This document shows, one piece after another, positions 1 through 11,733 of a DNA stretch of 64,000 bases. The notes beneath the pieces were generated by a model. That model worked only from the letters and a program-made list of their open reading frames with translations. It did no database searches and was not told the origin of the DNA. The stretch is from contig JBDTLT010000002.1 of NCBI GenBank assembly GCA_039934635.1, positions 4,963-68,962 of the forward strand. Reading direction: 5' to 3'. The DNA comes from Acidimicrobiales bacterium (lineage in GTDB: Bacteria > Actinomycetota > Acidimicrobiia > Acidimicrobiales > WLNW01). A program made the position numbers and the translations under genes. Position 1 is the first letter of the stretch, and every line of letters begins with the position of its first letter.

Positions 1-1016
1 GTGCCACCGCGCTGTTCGGCGCCGAGCATGCCAACGTGCAGCCGCATTCGGGCGCCAACGCCAATGTGGCGGTCTACCTCGCATTGTTGAAGCCGGGCGA
101 CAAGGTGCTCGGCATGAGCCTCGACCACGGCGGCCACCTCACCCATGGTTCGCCGGTCAACTTCAGCGGCCTCACCTACGACTTCGTCGCGTACGGCGTG
201 TCCAAGAGCGACGAGCGAATCGACTTCGACAACGTGCGCGAGATCGCAAAGCGCGAACGGCCGCGACTCATCATCGCGGGAGCAACTGCCTACTCGCGCA
301 TCATCGATCCGGCACCGCTGCGATCGATCGCCGACGAGGTCGGCTCGCTGTTGATGTTCGACGCCGCCCATATCGCCGGACTCATCGCCGGCGGCGCGCA
401 CCCGAACCCGGTGCCCTACTGCGACATCGTCACCTTCACCACGCACAAGACGCTGCGCGGCCCGCGCGGTGGCTGCATCTTGAGCCGCAAGGAGCATGCC
501 GCGGCCATCGACCGCGCCGTGTTCCCCGGCTTTCAGGGTGGTCCGCTCGAAAACTCCATCGCCGCCAAGGCCGTTGCGTTCCACGAAGCTGCGCGACCCG
601 AGTTCGCCACCTACGCCCGCGCCATCGTGACCAATGCCGCGGCGCTGGCCCAAGGGCTCGCCGGCGAAGGGTTCCGCCTCGTCTCGGGCGGCACGGACAA
701 CCACTTGATGCTCGTCGACCTGCGCAATTTCGACGCGGAGTTGACCGGCAAAGAGGCGCAGGCCGCGTGCGACCGGGCGGGCATCTCGCTCAACAAGAAC
801 ACCATCCCCGACGACCCTCGTTCACCGTTCGTGACCAGCGGTGTTCGCATCGGCAGCCCCGCGGTCACGACGCAGGGCATGGGGTCGGCCGAGATGACGC
901 AGATCGCCACGCTCATCGCGCGGGCGCTGCGGGGCCGGGCCGACGACGCGGCCATCGCCCGCGTCCGGGCCGACGTGCGCACGCTGTGCAACGAGTTCGT
1001 CCCCTATCCCCGATGA
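1..1016 (+). CDS. glyA: Serine hydroxymethyltransferase, C-terminal ~338 aa (5' end outside window)
   Basis: ORF 36..1016 stays open in the same frame to the window edge (..[22 protein letters not shown]..). PLP-lysine motif [16 protein letters not shown]-like throughout. Confidence 0.95.
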   Translation, partial: ATALFGAEHANVQPHSGANANVAVYLALLKPGDKVLGMSLDHGGHLTHGSPVNFSGLTYDFVAYGVSKSDERIDFDNVREIAKRERPRLIIAGATAYSRIIDPAPLRSIADEVGSLLMFDAAHIAGLIAGGAHPNPVPYCDIVTFTTHKTLRGPRGGCILSRKEHAAAIDRAVFPGFQGGPLENSIAAKAVAFHEAARPEFATYARAIVTNAAALAQGLAGEGFRLVSGGTDNHLMLVDLRNFDAELTGKEAQAACDRAGISLNKNTIPDDPRSPFVTSGVRIGSPAVTTQGMGSAEMTQIATLIARALRGRADDAAIARVRADVRTLCNEFVPYPR

Positions 1017-1048
1017 GCGCCGCAAGCACAGGAAGTTAGGATCTGATC

Positions 1049-2245
1049 ATGCCGTCCGTGCGCGACTATGGCGTGGTCTTCGGGGCAGCGGCCGGGGCGA
1101 CGTTTTTGGTCACCGGCATCATGCGGTGGGTGGCTCCGTACGTCGGTGCCATCGTGCAACCGAGCGATCGCCGGGTGCACGAACGACCGACACCGACGCT
1201 CGGTGGCGTCGCGATGTTCGTCGGTCTGGTCGCCGGCGTGGTGACGGCGTGGAAGATGGATGCGTTCAACGACCAGTTGGCGCCCGGCGCCGAGTCGATC
1301 GGCATGCTGCTGGCCGCCCTGATCATCTTGTTGGTCGGCCTCATCGACGACATTCGCGAGATCTCCCCACCGGCGAAGGTCGCCGGCATGGTGCTCGCCG
1401 GCAGCGTGTTGTCCTTCGCCGGTATCGGTATCGTCGTTTTCCGTGTGCCGTTTCTCGGTGTCACGCCGCTCACCCCTGATTTATCAGCGTTGATCACGGT
1501 GCTGTGGGTGGTGGGCATGGCCAATGCCATCAACCTCATCGACGGGCTCGACGGTCTCGCCGCCGGCATCGTCGGCATCGCCGCGGTGACGTTCTTCTTC
1601 TACGCGCTGCGCCTGTCGGACGAGCACATCATCCTCACCGACAATCCCGGCGCCCTCGTCGCCGCGATCACTGCCGGCCTGTGCGTGGGGTTCTTACCGC
1701 ACAACGCCAGGGGCGTGCGCGGCAACCCGGCGCGCATCTTCATGGGTGACGCCGGCGCGCTGATGCTCGGCCTCTTGATGGCTGTATCCACGACCGTGGT
1801 CGGTGGGCGCAACGAGCAGGCGTTCTCGGGGCAATCGTTCTTCTTCTATGCGCCGATCTTCATCCCGCTCGTCATCCTCGGCGTCCCCCTGCTCGACGCG
1901 CTGTTCGCGATCATTCGCCGCACGGCCCGGCGGCGGGGCGTGGCCACGGCCGACAAGGATCATCTGCACCACCGGCTGATGCGCATCGGCCACGGCCACC
2001 GCCGCAGTGTGTTGATCTTGTGGGCGTGGACGATCTTGCTCTCGGGCTTCGTCCTTTATCCCACGTACAACTACGGCCGCGGCGACGCGATGGTGCCCAC
2101 GGGCATCGCCGCGCTCGGGCTCTTGCTCTACACCGTCTTGCATCCCGACATCCGCCAGGGCCGGGCCGACCGCCGAGATGGGCACGACGCCGGCGACAAG
2201 ACCAACGTGGTCCACATCGACCCCAATCGCCGCACGGGCAGCTGA
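1049..2245 (+). CDS. wecA: Polyprenyl-phosphate GlcNAc-1-phosphate transferase (MraY/WecA glycosyltransferase family 4)
   Basis: 398-aa polytopic membrane ORF with the NAINLIDGLDGLA motif. It sits directly upstream of the atp operon, as in other actinobacteria. Confidence 0.85.
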   Translation: MPSVRDYGVVFGAAAGATFLVTGIMRWVAPYVGAIVQPSDRRVHERPTPTLGGVAMFVGLVAGVVTAWKMDAFNDQLAPGAESIGMLLAALIILLVGLIDDIREISPPAKVAGMVLAGSVLSFAGIGIVVFRVPFLGVTPLTPDLSALITVLWVVGMANAINLIDGLDGLAAGIVGIAAVTFFFYALRLSDEHIILTDNPGALVAAITAGLCVGFLPHNARGVRGNPARIFMGDAGALMLGLLMAVSTTVVGGRNEQAFSGQSFFFYAPIFIPLVILGVPLLDALFAIIRRTARRRGVATADKDHLHHRLMRIGHGHRRSVLILWAWTILLSGFVLYPTYNYGRGDAMVPTGIAALGLLLYTVLHPDIRQGRADRRDGHDAGDKTNVVHIDPNRRTGS

Positions 2246-2374
2246 CCCGCCACAATCCAGCGATAATCCGCCGGTGGGTGACGTCACAAGTTGTCGTTGG
2301 GTGTGCGTGGTTCTGTAGATTGCGCATCGATTCACAAGCGGCGACGCTGTTGCCACGCGAGCGATTTCACGGAA

Positions 2375-2635
2375 ATGAATCTTCAGGACAAGCGCGAACT
2401 CAATACCGGTTTCGGTGACGCGCTCGCACGCGCCTTCGAGTTGGTAGCCACCCCAGGCATCTTCGCGTTGCTCGGTTGGTTGCTCGATCGTTGGCTCGGT
2501 ACCTCACCGTTGTTCGCGTTCGTCTTCTTCTTCATCGTCCTCAGCTACGTAGTCTGGAAGATGTACATGACTTACGTCGCCGACATGAAGCGTCATGAGC
2601 AAGGTCTCGGAAAGGTGTCCGATCGTGTTGAGTGA
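2375..2635 (+). CDS. AtpZ/ATPase-gene-1-like small membrane protein
   Basis: The internal ATG at 2375 of ORF 2291..2635 gives an 86-aa two-TM protein (MNLQDKRELNTGFGDALARAFELVATPGIFALLGWLLDRWLG..) immediately 5' of atpI/atpB. The upstream 28 codons look non-coding. Confidence 0.6.
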   Translation: MNLQDKRELNTGFGDALARAFELVATPGIFALLGWLLDRWLGTSPLFAFVFFFIVLSYVVWKMYMTYVADMKRHEQGLGKVSDRVE

Positions 2636-3161
2636 AGCACGGTCGCATCCGGTCGCCGGACCCGCGCCCGAGCTGCAGGTGGCGCGCGATCTCGCTCGCC
2701 GAGCCATTCCTGTCGCGCCTGTCCTTCTCGTCGCCGCCGCTATCGGTTGGGGATGGGGCGGCGTCGCGTCGTCCGCTATCGGTATCGGTCTGGTCGTCGT
2801 CAATTTCCTCGCTGCCGCGTTGATCATCACGACGACGATTCGCATCTCGCTCAACGCACTGATGGCCGGTGTGCTGTTCGGCTTCCTCTTGCGCTTGACG
2901 ATGCTCACCGTCGCGGTCGTCCTGTTGCGCAAGCTCAGCTTCATCGACGACATCCCGTTGTTGTTCACCGTGCTCATCACACACATCGGTCTGTTGATGT
3001 GGGAGACCCGCTACGTGTCAATGTCACTTGCATATCCCGGCCTCAAGCCGCGAGTCACGGCTCGTGCGCCCCAGGCTGAAACTCCGACGTCGTCGGTCCC
3101 CTCGACCCCGTCGCGGCAATCGATCCCGTCCATGAAGACCAAGGAGGCTGGCGCAGCGTGA
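2595..3161 (+). CDS. atpI: ATP synthase protein I-like membrane protein
   Basis: Hydrophobic 4-TM ORF between atpZ and atpB. Its stop overlaps the atpB GTG (GTGA at 3158-3161). The true start may be the GTG at 2625 rather than the ATG at 2595. Confidence 0.6.
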   Translation: MSKVSERCPIVLSEARSHPVAGPAPELQVARDLARRAIPVAPVLLVAAAIGWGWGGVASSAIGIGLVVVNFLAAALIITTTIRISLNALMAGVLFGFLLRLTMLTVAVVLLRKLSFIDDIPLLFTVLITHIGLLMWETRYVSMSLAYPGLKPRVTARAPQAETPTSSVPSTPSRQSIPSMKTKEAGAA

Positions 3162-3925
3162 TCTTCGGTCTCGACTTCCCGCCGATCAGCCATCTCATCG
3201 AGTGGCCCGACATCTTCTTCAAGGACACCGCGTTCGCAGTGAACAAGGTCGTCCTCATCATGTGGGTTTCGGCCCTGCTCGCCATCATCTTGTTCATCGC
3301 CGGCAGCCGCAAGCGCGCCCTGGTGCCATCGGGTGTGCAAAACGTCGCCGAATCGATCATCGATTTCGTCGACAACTCCATCGTGATGGAGACCATCGGT
3401 CCTGACGGTCGCAAGTTCACGCCGTTTCTCACGACGCTGTTCACGTTCATCCTGTTCTGCAACCTTTGGGAAGTCATCCCGTTCGTGCAGATGCCCGCCA
3501 ACGCCCGCATGGCCATGCCGATGTTCTTCTCGTTGTTGGTCTGGGTGATCTTCAACGTCGTGGGCATCGCCAAGCAAGGCTTCTTCCACTACTTCAAGGG
3601 CATCATGTTCCCGCCGGGCGTGCCCAAGTTCCTCTACATCCTGGTGACGCCCATCGAGTTGGTGTCCACGATCTTCGTCCGACCGCTGTCGCTCGCCGTT
3701 CGTCTCTTCGCCAACATGCTCGCCGGCCACTTGGTGCTCGTCACCTTCGCCGTGATCTCGGCGGCCTTGTGGGTCAAGAGCGTCAACATCGTCATCTTGC
3801 CGTTCTCGTTCTTGTTGTTGGTCGCCCTCACGGGGTTCGAGGTTCTGGTCTCGTTCCTGCAGGCGTTCATCTTCACCATCCTCGCTGCCGTGTACATCGG
3901 TGGCGCCATGCATCCAGAGCACTAG
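3158..3925 (+). CDS. atpB: F0F1 ATP synthase subunit a
   Basis: 255-aa polytopic protein with the subunit-a signature RPLSLAVRLFANMLAGH. Operon position fits. Confidence 0.95.
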   Translation: MIFGLDFPPISHLIEWPDIFFKDTAFAVNKVVLIMWVSALLAIILFIAGSRKRALVPSGVQNVAESIIDFVDNSIVMETIGPDGRKFTPFLTTLFTFILFCNLWEVIPFVQMPANARMAMPMFFSLLVWVIFNVVGIAKQGFFHYFKGIMFPPGVPKFLYILVTPIELVSTIFVRPLSLAVRLFANMLAGHLVLVTFAVISAALWVKSVNIVILPFSFLLLVALTGFEVLVSFLQAFIFTILAAVYIGGAMHPEH

Positions 3926-4198
<273 letters not shown>

Positions 4199-4208
4199 GA
4201 GGTCGATC

Positions 4209-4877
4209 GTGCGCGTACGTGCACTCATCGCCACCGGCACCATCGCCTTCGTCTCCGTTCTCGGCCCGGCGGTCACCGCCCATGCCCAGACCGAGACGAC
4301 GACCAAAGAGGTGTCGCACGAAGCCGAGGAATGCATCGAAAAGCTCGAGTCCGGCAAAGAAGTCGACGACTGCCACAAGGCTCCGAGCCCGATCCTTCCG
4401 GCCAAGAACGAAATCATCTGGGGCGTCATCTCCTTCGCGGTGCTGGCGGTCGTGTTGATGAAGTTCGCGGTGCCGGCATTGCAAAAGGGCATGGCGGCTC
4501 GCAGCGAAAAGGTTCGCACCGATCTCGGGGCGGCCGAAAAGGCGAAGGCAGATGCCGACACCTTGCTGGCCGACTATCGAGCGCAGCTCGCTGATGCTCG
4601 CAACGAGTCCAACCGCATGCTCGAAGAAGCACGCCGGTCGGCCGATGCGTTGCGGGCCGATCTGCAATCGCGGGCGCAAGCCGAGATTGCCGAACTGCGA
4701 ACGCGTGCGGCCGCCGATGTCGAGGCAGCAAAGGTGTCGGCGATCGCCGACCTGCGCGCCGAGGTGGCCAGCCTGGCCATCGGAGCAGCCGAGACCATCG
4801 TGCAGCACAGCCTCGATCGCGAGACGCAGGTACAGCTCGTCGAGAACTACATCAATCAGGTCGGGAGCCGGCAGTAG
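4209..4877 (+). CDS. atpF: F0F1 ATP synthase subunit b, with N-terminal signal-peptide-like extension
   Basis: The GTG at 4209 is in frame with ORF 3900..4877 and lies 6 nt after AGGAGG. A TM segment (IIWGVISFAVLAVVLMKF) is followed by a long Ala/Glu/Arg-rich helix typical of b subunits. Confidence 0.85.
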   Translation: MRVRALIATGTIAFVSVLGPAVTAHAQTETTTKEVSHEAEECIEKLESGKEVDDCHKAPSPILPAKNEIIWGVISFAVLAVVLMKFAVPALQKGMAARSEKVRTDLGAAEKAKADADTLLADYRAQLADARNESNRMLEEARRSADALRADLQSRAQAEIAELRTRAAADVEAAKVSAIADLRAEVASLAIGAAETIVQHSLDRETQVQLVENYINQVGSRQ

Positions 4878-5405
4878 ATGGCCGACAATCGCATCGACGC
4901 ATACGCGGACGCGATCTTCGCCGTCGCCGCGGCAGAGGGTCGACTCGATGACGTCGAAGACGAGCTGTTCCGGTTCGCTCGAGTATTCGAGGGCTCCGAG
5001 GAGCTACGCCTCGCACTGACCGACCCGAAGACCCCTGCCACTCGACGCCAGCAGATCGTCGAAGATCTGCTGCAAGGCAAGGCGTCGGCCACGACGGTGG
5101 CGCTCATCTCGATGGTGGTCGGCACCGGTCGCGCTCGCGACCTGCCGGCAATCATCACCGCACTCGTCGAAAAGAGTGCGAAGGCGTCCAACAAGGCGGT
5201 GGCCGAAGCCCGGTCGTCGGTCGCGCTGACCGAAGATCAACGCCAGCGCCTCGCGGCAGCCCTCGGCAAGGCCACCGGTAAGCAGGTCGAAGTAAAGGTC
5301 ATTGTCGACCCGCGGGTCATGGGGGGCATCGTCACCCAGATCGGCGACATCGTCATCGATGGCACCGTGCGGCACCGACTCGAACAACTGCGCAAGGCGT
5401 TTTGA
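4878..5405 (+). CDS. atpH: F0F1 ATP synthase subunit delta (OSCP)
   Basis: 175-aa ORF starting directly after the atpF stop. OSCP-like C-terminus ([29 protein letters not shown]). Not fused to b. Confidence 0.9.
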   Translation: MADNRIDAYADAIFAVAAAEGRLDDVEDELFRFARVFEGSEELRLALTDPKTPATRRQQIVEDLLQGKASATTVALISMVVGTGRARDLPAIITALVEKSAKASNKAVAEARSSVALTEDQRQRLAAALGKATGKQVEVKVIVDPRVMGGIVTQIGDIVIDGTVRHRLEQLRKAF

Positions 5406-5466
5406 GCGCCGGCATTTTGAGCTTCGTGGTGTTCGCCCAAATGAAGACTGGTTTCGTAGGAGAGTC

Positions 5467-7089
5467 ATGGCCGAGTTGACCATCAGCACCGCGGATATTG
5501 CCGCCGCGCTGCGCAAGAACCTCGAGGGATTCACGCCCACTGTCGAGATCACCCAAGTTGGTCGGGTGCTCGAAGTCGGCGACGGCATCGCGCGCGTCTC
5601 GGGGCTTCCCGAGGCGGCGGTCAACGAGCTGCTCGAGTTCGAAGACGGGACGTTGGGCCTCGCGCTCAACCTCGACGAAGAGTCGATCGGCGCCGTGATC
5701 CTGGGCGAAGGCAGCCACATCCAAGAGGGCGCGCCCGTGCTCGCCACCGGCCGCATCTTGTCGGTACCGGTTGGCGACGGCCTCCTCGGTCGCGTCGTGA
5801 GCCCGCTGGGCGAGCCGCTCGACGGGCGCGGCCCGTTGACCGGCGATGTGCAGCCGCGCCGCATGGAGATCCAGGCGCCGGGCATCACCGGCCGCAAGCC
5901 TGTGCACGAGCCGATGCAGACCGGCATCAAGGCCATCGATTCGCTCATCCCGATCGGCCGAGGTCAACGCGAGCTGATCATCGGCGACCGCAAGACGGGC
6001 AAGACGACGATCGCCATCGACACGATCATCAATCAAAAGGGCCTGGGGGTGAAGTGCATCTACGTCGCCATCGGGCAAAAAGCCTCGACGGTGGCCAACG
6101 CCGTCGCGGTGTTGAAAGAGCACGGCGCCCTCGAATACACGGTCGTCGTGTTGGCGCCCGCCTCTGACCCGGCGCCCTTCAAATACCTCGCCCCCTACGG
6201 CGGCTGCGCCATCGGCCAGCACTGGATGGAAAACGGCGGCCACGCGCTCGTGGTATACGACGACCTCTCCAAGCAGGCCGAGGCCTACCGGCAGATGTCG
6301 CTGTTGCTGCGCCGCCCACCGGGTCGCGAGGCGTACCCCGGCGACGTGTTCTACCTCCACTCCCGCCTACTCGAGCGTGCCGCGAAGCTGAGCGACGAGC
6401 GCGGCGCCGGTTCGTTGACGGCCCTGCCGATCATCGAGACCAAAGCGGGCGACGTGTCGGCCTACATCCCCACCAACGTGATCTCGATCACCGACGGCCA
6501 GATCTACCTGCAGGACGACTTGTTCAAGTCGGGCATCCGACCCGCGGTCGACGTGGGTATCTCGGTGTCCCGCGTCGGTTCGGCGGCACAGATCAAGGCC
6601 ATGAAGACGGCAGTGGGCACGCTCAAGTCCGACCTGCAGCAGTTCCGTGAGCTGCAAGCGTTCGCGGCCTTCGGCTCCGATCTCGATGCGTTGTCCCGCG
6701 CGCAACTCGACCGGGGCGTGCGCCTCACCGAGTTGCTCAAGCAGGGCCTCAACTCGCCGATGCCCGTGCAAGAACAGGTCGTCTCGATCTACGCCGGCAC
6801 CAACGGCTATCTCGATCCGATCACCGTCGATGACGTTCGCCGCTTCGAGAACGAACTGATCGAATGGTTCCGCTCGCGTCACGGCGATCTGCTCGATGGC
6901 ATCGTCAAGACCGGCAACATCGGCGACATGGGCGCGTTCCAGGCTGCGCTCAAAGGCTTTGCGGCGCAGTTCCAAGCGACGGTGGCCGACGGCAGCGAAC
7001 CGACGCCCGAGGCACAAGCTGCGGCCCATGAGCGCCTTGTCGACAGCGACGTGACCTTGCCCGAAGAAGAAATCGAGCGCGAGGACTGA
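5467..7089 (+). CDS. atpA: F0F1 ATP synthase subunit alpha
   Basis: ATG at 5467 ([22 protein letters not shown]). Walker [14 protein letters not shown]. 540 aa with a C-terminal extension. Confidence 0.97.
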   Translation: MAELTISTADIAAALRKNLEGFTPTVEITQVGRVLEVGDGIARVSGLPEAAVNELLEFEDGTLGLALNLDEESIGAVILGEGSHIQEGAPVLATGRILSVPVGDGLLGRVVSPLGEPLDGRGPLTGDVQPRRMEIQAPGITGRKPVHEPMQTGIKAIDSLIPIGRGQRELIIGDRKTGKTTIAIDTIINQKGLGVKCIYVAIGQKASTVANAVAVLKEHGALEYTVVVLAPASDPAPFKYLAPYGGCAIGQHWMENGGHALVVYDDLSKQAEAYRQMSLLLRRPPGREAYPGDVFYLHSRLLERAAKLSDERGAGSLTALPIIETKAGDVSAYIPTNVISITDGQIYLQDDLFKSGIRPAVDVGISVSRVGSAAQIKAMKTAVGTLKSDLQQFRELQAFAAFGSDLDALSRAQLDRGVRLTELLKQGLNSPMPVQEQVVSIYAGTNGYLDPITVDDVRRFENELIEWFRSRHGDLLDGIVKTGNIGDMGAFQAALKGFAAQFQATVADGSEPTPEAQAAAHERLVDSDVTLPEEEIERED

Positions 7090-7096
7090 TCGTTCG

Positions 7097-8026
7097 ATGC
7101 CCGGCGGCCAAGAGCGCATCCTTCGCAGACGCATCAAGAGCGTCCAGTCGACCAAGAAGATCACGCGCGCGATGGAACTCATCGCGGCCACGCGCGTCGT
7201 CAAGGCGCAACAGCGTGCCTCGGCGGCTCGGCCCTATAGCCGTCAGATCACCCAGGTGATCGAGCACCTCGCCGCCGGTGGCACGACCATCGACCACCCA
7301 CTGCTCAATCAGACCGACGACGTGCAAAAGGTGGCGTTCGTCGTCATCACGTCCGATCGGGGCATGGCCGGCGCGTACAACTCGTCGGTCATCCGAGCCA
7401 CCGAGCGCGAACTGATGGCGCATCGCGAGGCCGGCCGCGACTACGAGTTGATCCTCATCGGGCGCAAGGCCGAGAGCTACTTCCGCTTTCGCCACTACCG
7501 CATCGAAGCGTCGTTCACCGGCGTGAGCGATACGCCCACCTACGAGAACGCGCGGCAGATCGCCGATCTCGTCGCCGAAAAGTTCATCAGCGGAGAAGTG
7601 CAGCGGGTCGAGCTGATCTACACCGAGTTCGTCTCGTTGGGCAGCCAGCGGGTCGCCGTGCGCCGCTTTCTCCCCCTCGAGAGCACGGCCACCGTCGCCG
7701 CCGCCGGCAGCGGTCACGCCGAGCTCGTCGCGGCGGCCGAATTCGAGCCATCGGCTCCCGGTCTGCTCGCCGCCCTGTTGCCCCGTTATGTCGAAGCCCG
7801 GTTGTTCGGCGCGATGTTGGAAGGCGCGGCCTCCGAGCACGCCAGCCGCCAGCGCGCCATGAAGGCCGCCACCGACAACGCCGACGAATTGCAAACAAAG
7901 CTGACGCGCCAGATGAACCGCGCCCGTCAAGACGCGATCACCACCGAGATCATGGAGATCGTCAGCGGTGCCGAAGCCCTTCGCGGCGACGACATCGAGG
8001 CGCTCATCGAACTGGCCGAGACGTAG
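7097..8026 (+). CDS. atpG: F0F1 ATP synthase subunit gamma
   Basis: 309 aa. N-terminus ILRRRIKSVQSTKKITRAMELIAATRV and C-terminus ITTEIMEIVSGAEAL are gamma signatures. Confidence 0.95.
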   Translation: MPGGQERILRRRIKSVQSTKKITRAMELIAATRVVKAQQRASAARPYSRQITQVIEHLAAGGTTIDHPLLNQTDDVQKVAFVVITSDRGMAGAYNSSVIRATERELMAHREAGRDYELILIGRKAESYFRFRHYRIEASFTGVSDTPTYENARQIADLVAEKFISGEVQRVELIYTEFVSLGSQRVAVRRFLPLESTATVAAAGSGHAELVAAAEFEPSAPGLLAALLPRYVEARLFGAMLEGAASEHASRQRAMKAATDNADELQTKLTRQMNRARQDAITTEIMEIVSGAEALRGDDIEALIELAET

Positions 8027-9460
<1,434 letters not shown>

Positions 9461-9465
9461 CCGCC

Positions 9466-9879
9466 ATGGCGACCATGCAAGTCGAGTTGGTCTCTCCCGA
9501 GAGCATCGTGTTCTCGGGAGAAGCGACGATGGTCGTGGCGCGCACGGTGTCCGGCGAGATCGCGTTCCTTCCCGGTCACGTGCCGTTCGTCGGTGTGCTG
9601 TCGGGCAAGAGCCCGGTCAAGATCTTCATGGCTGACGGCACGACCCGCGTCGTCGCCGTGCACTCGGGCTTTGTCGAGGTGTCGCACAACACGGTGACGA
9701 TCCTCTCCGATGTCGCCGAACTAGCCGACGCGATCGACGTGCCCCGCGCGCAAGCGGCCAAGGACCGCGCCGAGACAGCGGTGCGCGATAACCCGGACGA
9801 TCTCGACGTGCAGTCCGCGCTGTTGCGGGCGAACCTGCGGCTGATGGTCGGCGCCGGCACCCCGGCCGCGGCGCACTAA
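9466..9879 (+). CDS. atpC: F0F1 ATP synthase subunit epsilon
   Basis: 137 aa, last gene of the operon, with beta-sandwich plus helical C-terminal domain pattern. Confidence 0.93.
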   Translation: MATMQVELVSPESIVFSGEATMVVARTVSGEIAFLPGHVPFVGVLSGKSPVKIFMADGTTRVVAVHSGFVEVSHNTVTILSDVAELADAIDVPRAQAAKDRAETAVRDNPDDLDVQSALLRANLRLMVGAGTPAAAH

Positions 9880-9882
9880 CGC

Positions 9883-10707
9883 TCACTCGACGACGAGGCC
9901 CGCGAGGTCTTCCTCGGCCGGTGGGTGGCGCAACTCGAGTCCGCGCAGCGTGTCGACGAGCACCTGTGACACGACGAGGTTGCGATACCAGTTGCGATCG
10001 GCGGGCACCGCATACCAGGGTGCACCTTTGGTCGAGGTCTTGGTGAGCATGTCCTCGAAGGCCGCCGCGTACTCGTCCCACAGCTTGCGTTCGCCCAAGT
10101 CGTCACGGGAGAACTTCCAGCGTTTGGCGGGGTCGTCGATGCGCTCTTGCAGGCGCACCTTTTGCTCTTCCTTGGACACGTGCAGGAAGAACTTCAAGAT
10201 GGTCGTGCCTTCGTCGACCAACATCTGCTCGAAGTAGCGAATGTGGTCGTAGCGCTTGGACCACCGCTCTCGCGGAACGAGGTCGTGGACCCGGACGACC
10301 AGCACGTCCTCGTAGTGCGAGCGGTTGAAGATCGCGATCTCGCCCGAGCGGGGCAATCGCGCATGAATGCGCCACAGGTAGTCGTGGCCGAGTTCTTCGT
10401 CGGTCGGGCGTTTGAACGACGCGACCTTGACCCCTTGCGGGTTGACGCCCTCGAAGACCGACCGGATGGTGCCGTCCTTGCCGCAGGCGTCGACACCCTG
10501 CAGGATGACCAACACCTTGTGGCGTCCGTCGGCGTAGAGCAGTTCCTGCAAGGCCTCGAGCTCTTTGGCGAGCTGCGCGCAGGCCGTCTGCCCGTCTTTC
10601 TTCTGCACGCCGTTGGTGCCGGCGGGATCGAGCTTGTCGAGGCGCACCTTGGCCCCTGGTGCCATGCGATATTCGGTGGTGTCGACGAACCGGTCCTTGT
10701 CGCTCAT
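9883..10707 (-). CDS. Polyphosphate kinase 2 family (polyphosphate:nucleotide phosphotransferase)
   Basis: The ATG at 10707 inside ORF 9883..11661 gives 274 aa (MSDKDRFVDTTEYRM..). It carries the PPK2 Walker A GVDACGKDG and the YLWRIHARLP / FNRSHYEDVL motifs. Confidence 0.88.
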   Translation of the reverse strand: MSDKDRFVDTTEYRMAPGAKVRLDKLDPAGTNGVQKKDGQTACAQLAKELEALQELLYADGRHKVLVILQGVDACGKDGTIRSVFEGVNPQGVKVASFKRPTDEELGHDYLWRIHARLPRSGEIAIFNRSHYEDVLVVRVHDLVPRERWSKRYDHIRYFEQMLVDEGTTILKFFLHVSKEEQKVRLQERIDDPAKRWKFSRDDLGERKLWDEYAAAFEDMLTKTSTKGAPWYAVPADRNWYRNLVVSQVLVDTLRGLELRHPPAEEDLAGLVVE

Positions 10708-10833
10708 GACGGGCACGGTATCGCCGGGCCTGCGTGTCTGCCAGGGGTCACCCAAAAGCCTTGAATTCGCCGCCGGATGGGCCGATGAAGTCAGGAACCG
10801 AGTCTCGTAGCCGTATCCGCAAGAGGAACGCCC

Positions 10834-11685
10834 GTGCATCCGCAAAATCCGCAGAATGCTCAGCCCGAACTGATGCTCTTCGGCGCCGCTTTGGCCACTG
10901 TGAACAGGGTGGTTCAAGTCGCCGGGGGGCCGCTGGCGAGCATCGTCGAGCAGGCACAACCGTCCCCGGGTCTTCTGCGGGCTCTGTCCGACGAGTTGCA
11001 GCGGGCGGTGGCCAAACCGAAATCGGTGGCGCACCCGGAGCTGGTCGACCCCGACATCTACTGGCAGCGGTCGCTCTGGCCGCAGGCGTCGGCCGTGGTG
11101 AAGGCGGCCCGCACGCTGCTCGTCGAGGTGGCGGGCGAGCTCCAACCGACGATCCCGGCGGCCGAGACGGAGATGCAGGCCTGGTTGAACTGGCGGGCCT
11201 ATGAGACCCAACAACAGCGCGCCGCGGACCCCGACCACGTGCGCAACCTCATCGTGGATGAGATCGCCGCACGGTGCGAAGAGCTGCATCACATCGCCGA
11301 GATGGTCGGCGTGCTGCGTCCGCCGCTCGATGCCATCGAGCGACTGCAGAGCGAGCTCGACGACCGCCGCCGCAAGGAGGCGATCAACGACCTCAAGAAG
11401 TCGAAGTCCGACTACGAACGCCAGAACAGCGGTATCGAAGCCCGCGTGCTGCGACAGCACTGGGAGGACACCTTCGAACAACGTGTGGCGATTCGCGACG
11501 CCGAGCTGCGAGCCACGCTGCCGTGGCGCCATCAGGATCTCGTCATCGACGCGCACCGCAAGCTGCGCCTTGCGCTCGCTCGCGACATCGACGACATGAT
11601 CGAAGATCTCACGCGCCCCATCCTCGTGATCGGTGAGCGCCTCGTGCAGATGTACGACCATCTGGTGACCGCTCCCGTCAGCTGA
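10834..11685 (+). CDS. Hypothetical all-alpha protein (no family recognised)
   Basis: 283-aa ORF with balanced, charged, helix-rich composition (..ERLQSELDDRRRKEAINDLKKSKSDYERQNSGIEARVLRQHW..). It is divergent from ppk2. The antisense frame is also open but Arg/Gly-rich and looks spurious. Confidence 0.5.
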   Translation: MHPQNPQNAQPELMLFGAALATVNRVVQVAGGPLASIVEQAQPSPGLLRALSDELQRAVAKPKSVAHPELVDPDIYWQRSLWPQASAVVKAARTLLVEVAGELQPTIPAAETEMQAWLNWRAYETQQQRAADPDHVRNLIVDEIAARCEELHHIAEMVGVLRPPLDAIERLQSELDDRRRKEAINDLKKSKSDYERQNSGIEARVLRQHWEDTFEQRVAIRDAELRATLPWRHQDLVIDAHRKLRLALARDIDDMIEDLTRPILVIGERLVQMYDHLVTAPVS

Positions 11686-11733
11686 ACGCGCGAGCGGCGT
11701 TGATGGCTGGCTCGGTCTGGCTATGTTTCGTGC

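Noticed and set aside
2291-2321. Possible sigma-70-type promoter for the atp operon (ttgtcg ... tagatt)
   Set aside because: The spacer is 19 nt and the match is weak. It cannot be supported without TSS data, so it is not reported as a feature.
10708-11661. Upstream extension of the ppk2 ORF (592-aa ORF 9883..11661)
   Set aside because: PPK2 similarity starts at the ATG at 10707. The extension is antisense to the better-looking plus-strand ORF 10834..11685 and is Arg/Gly/Leu-rich.
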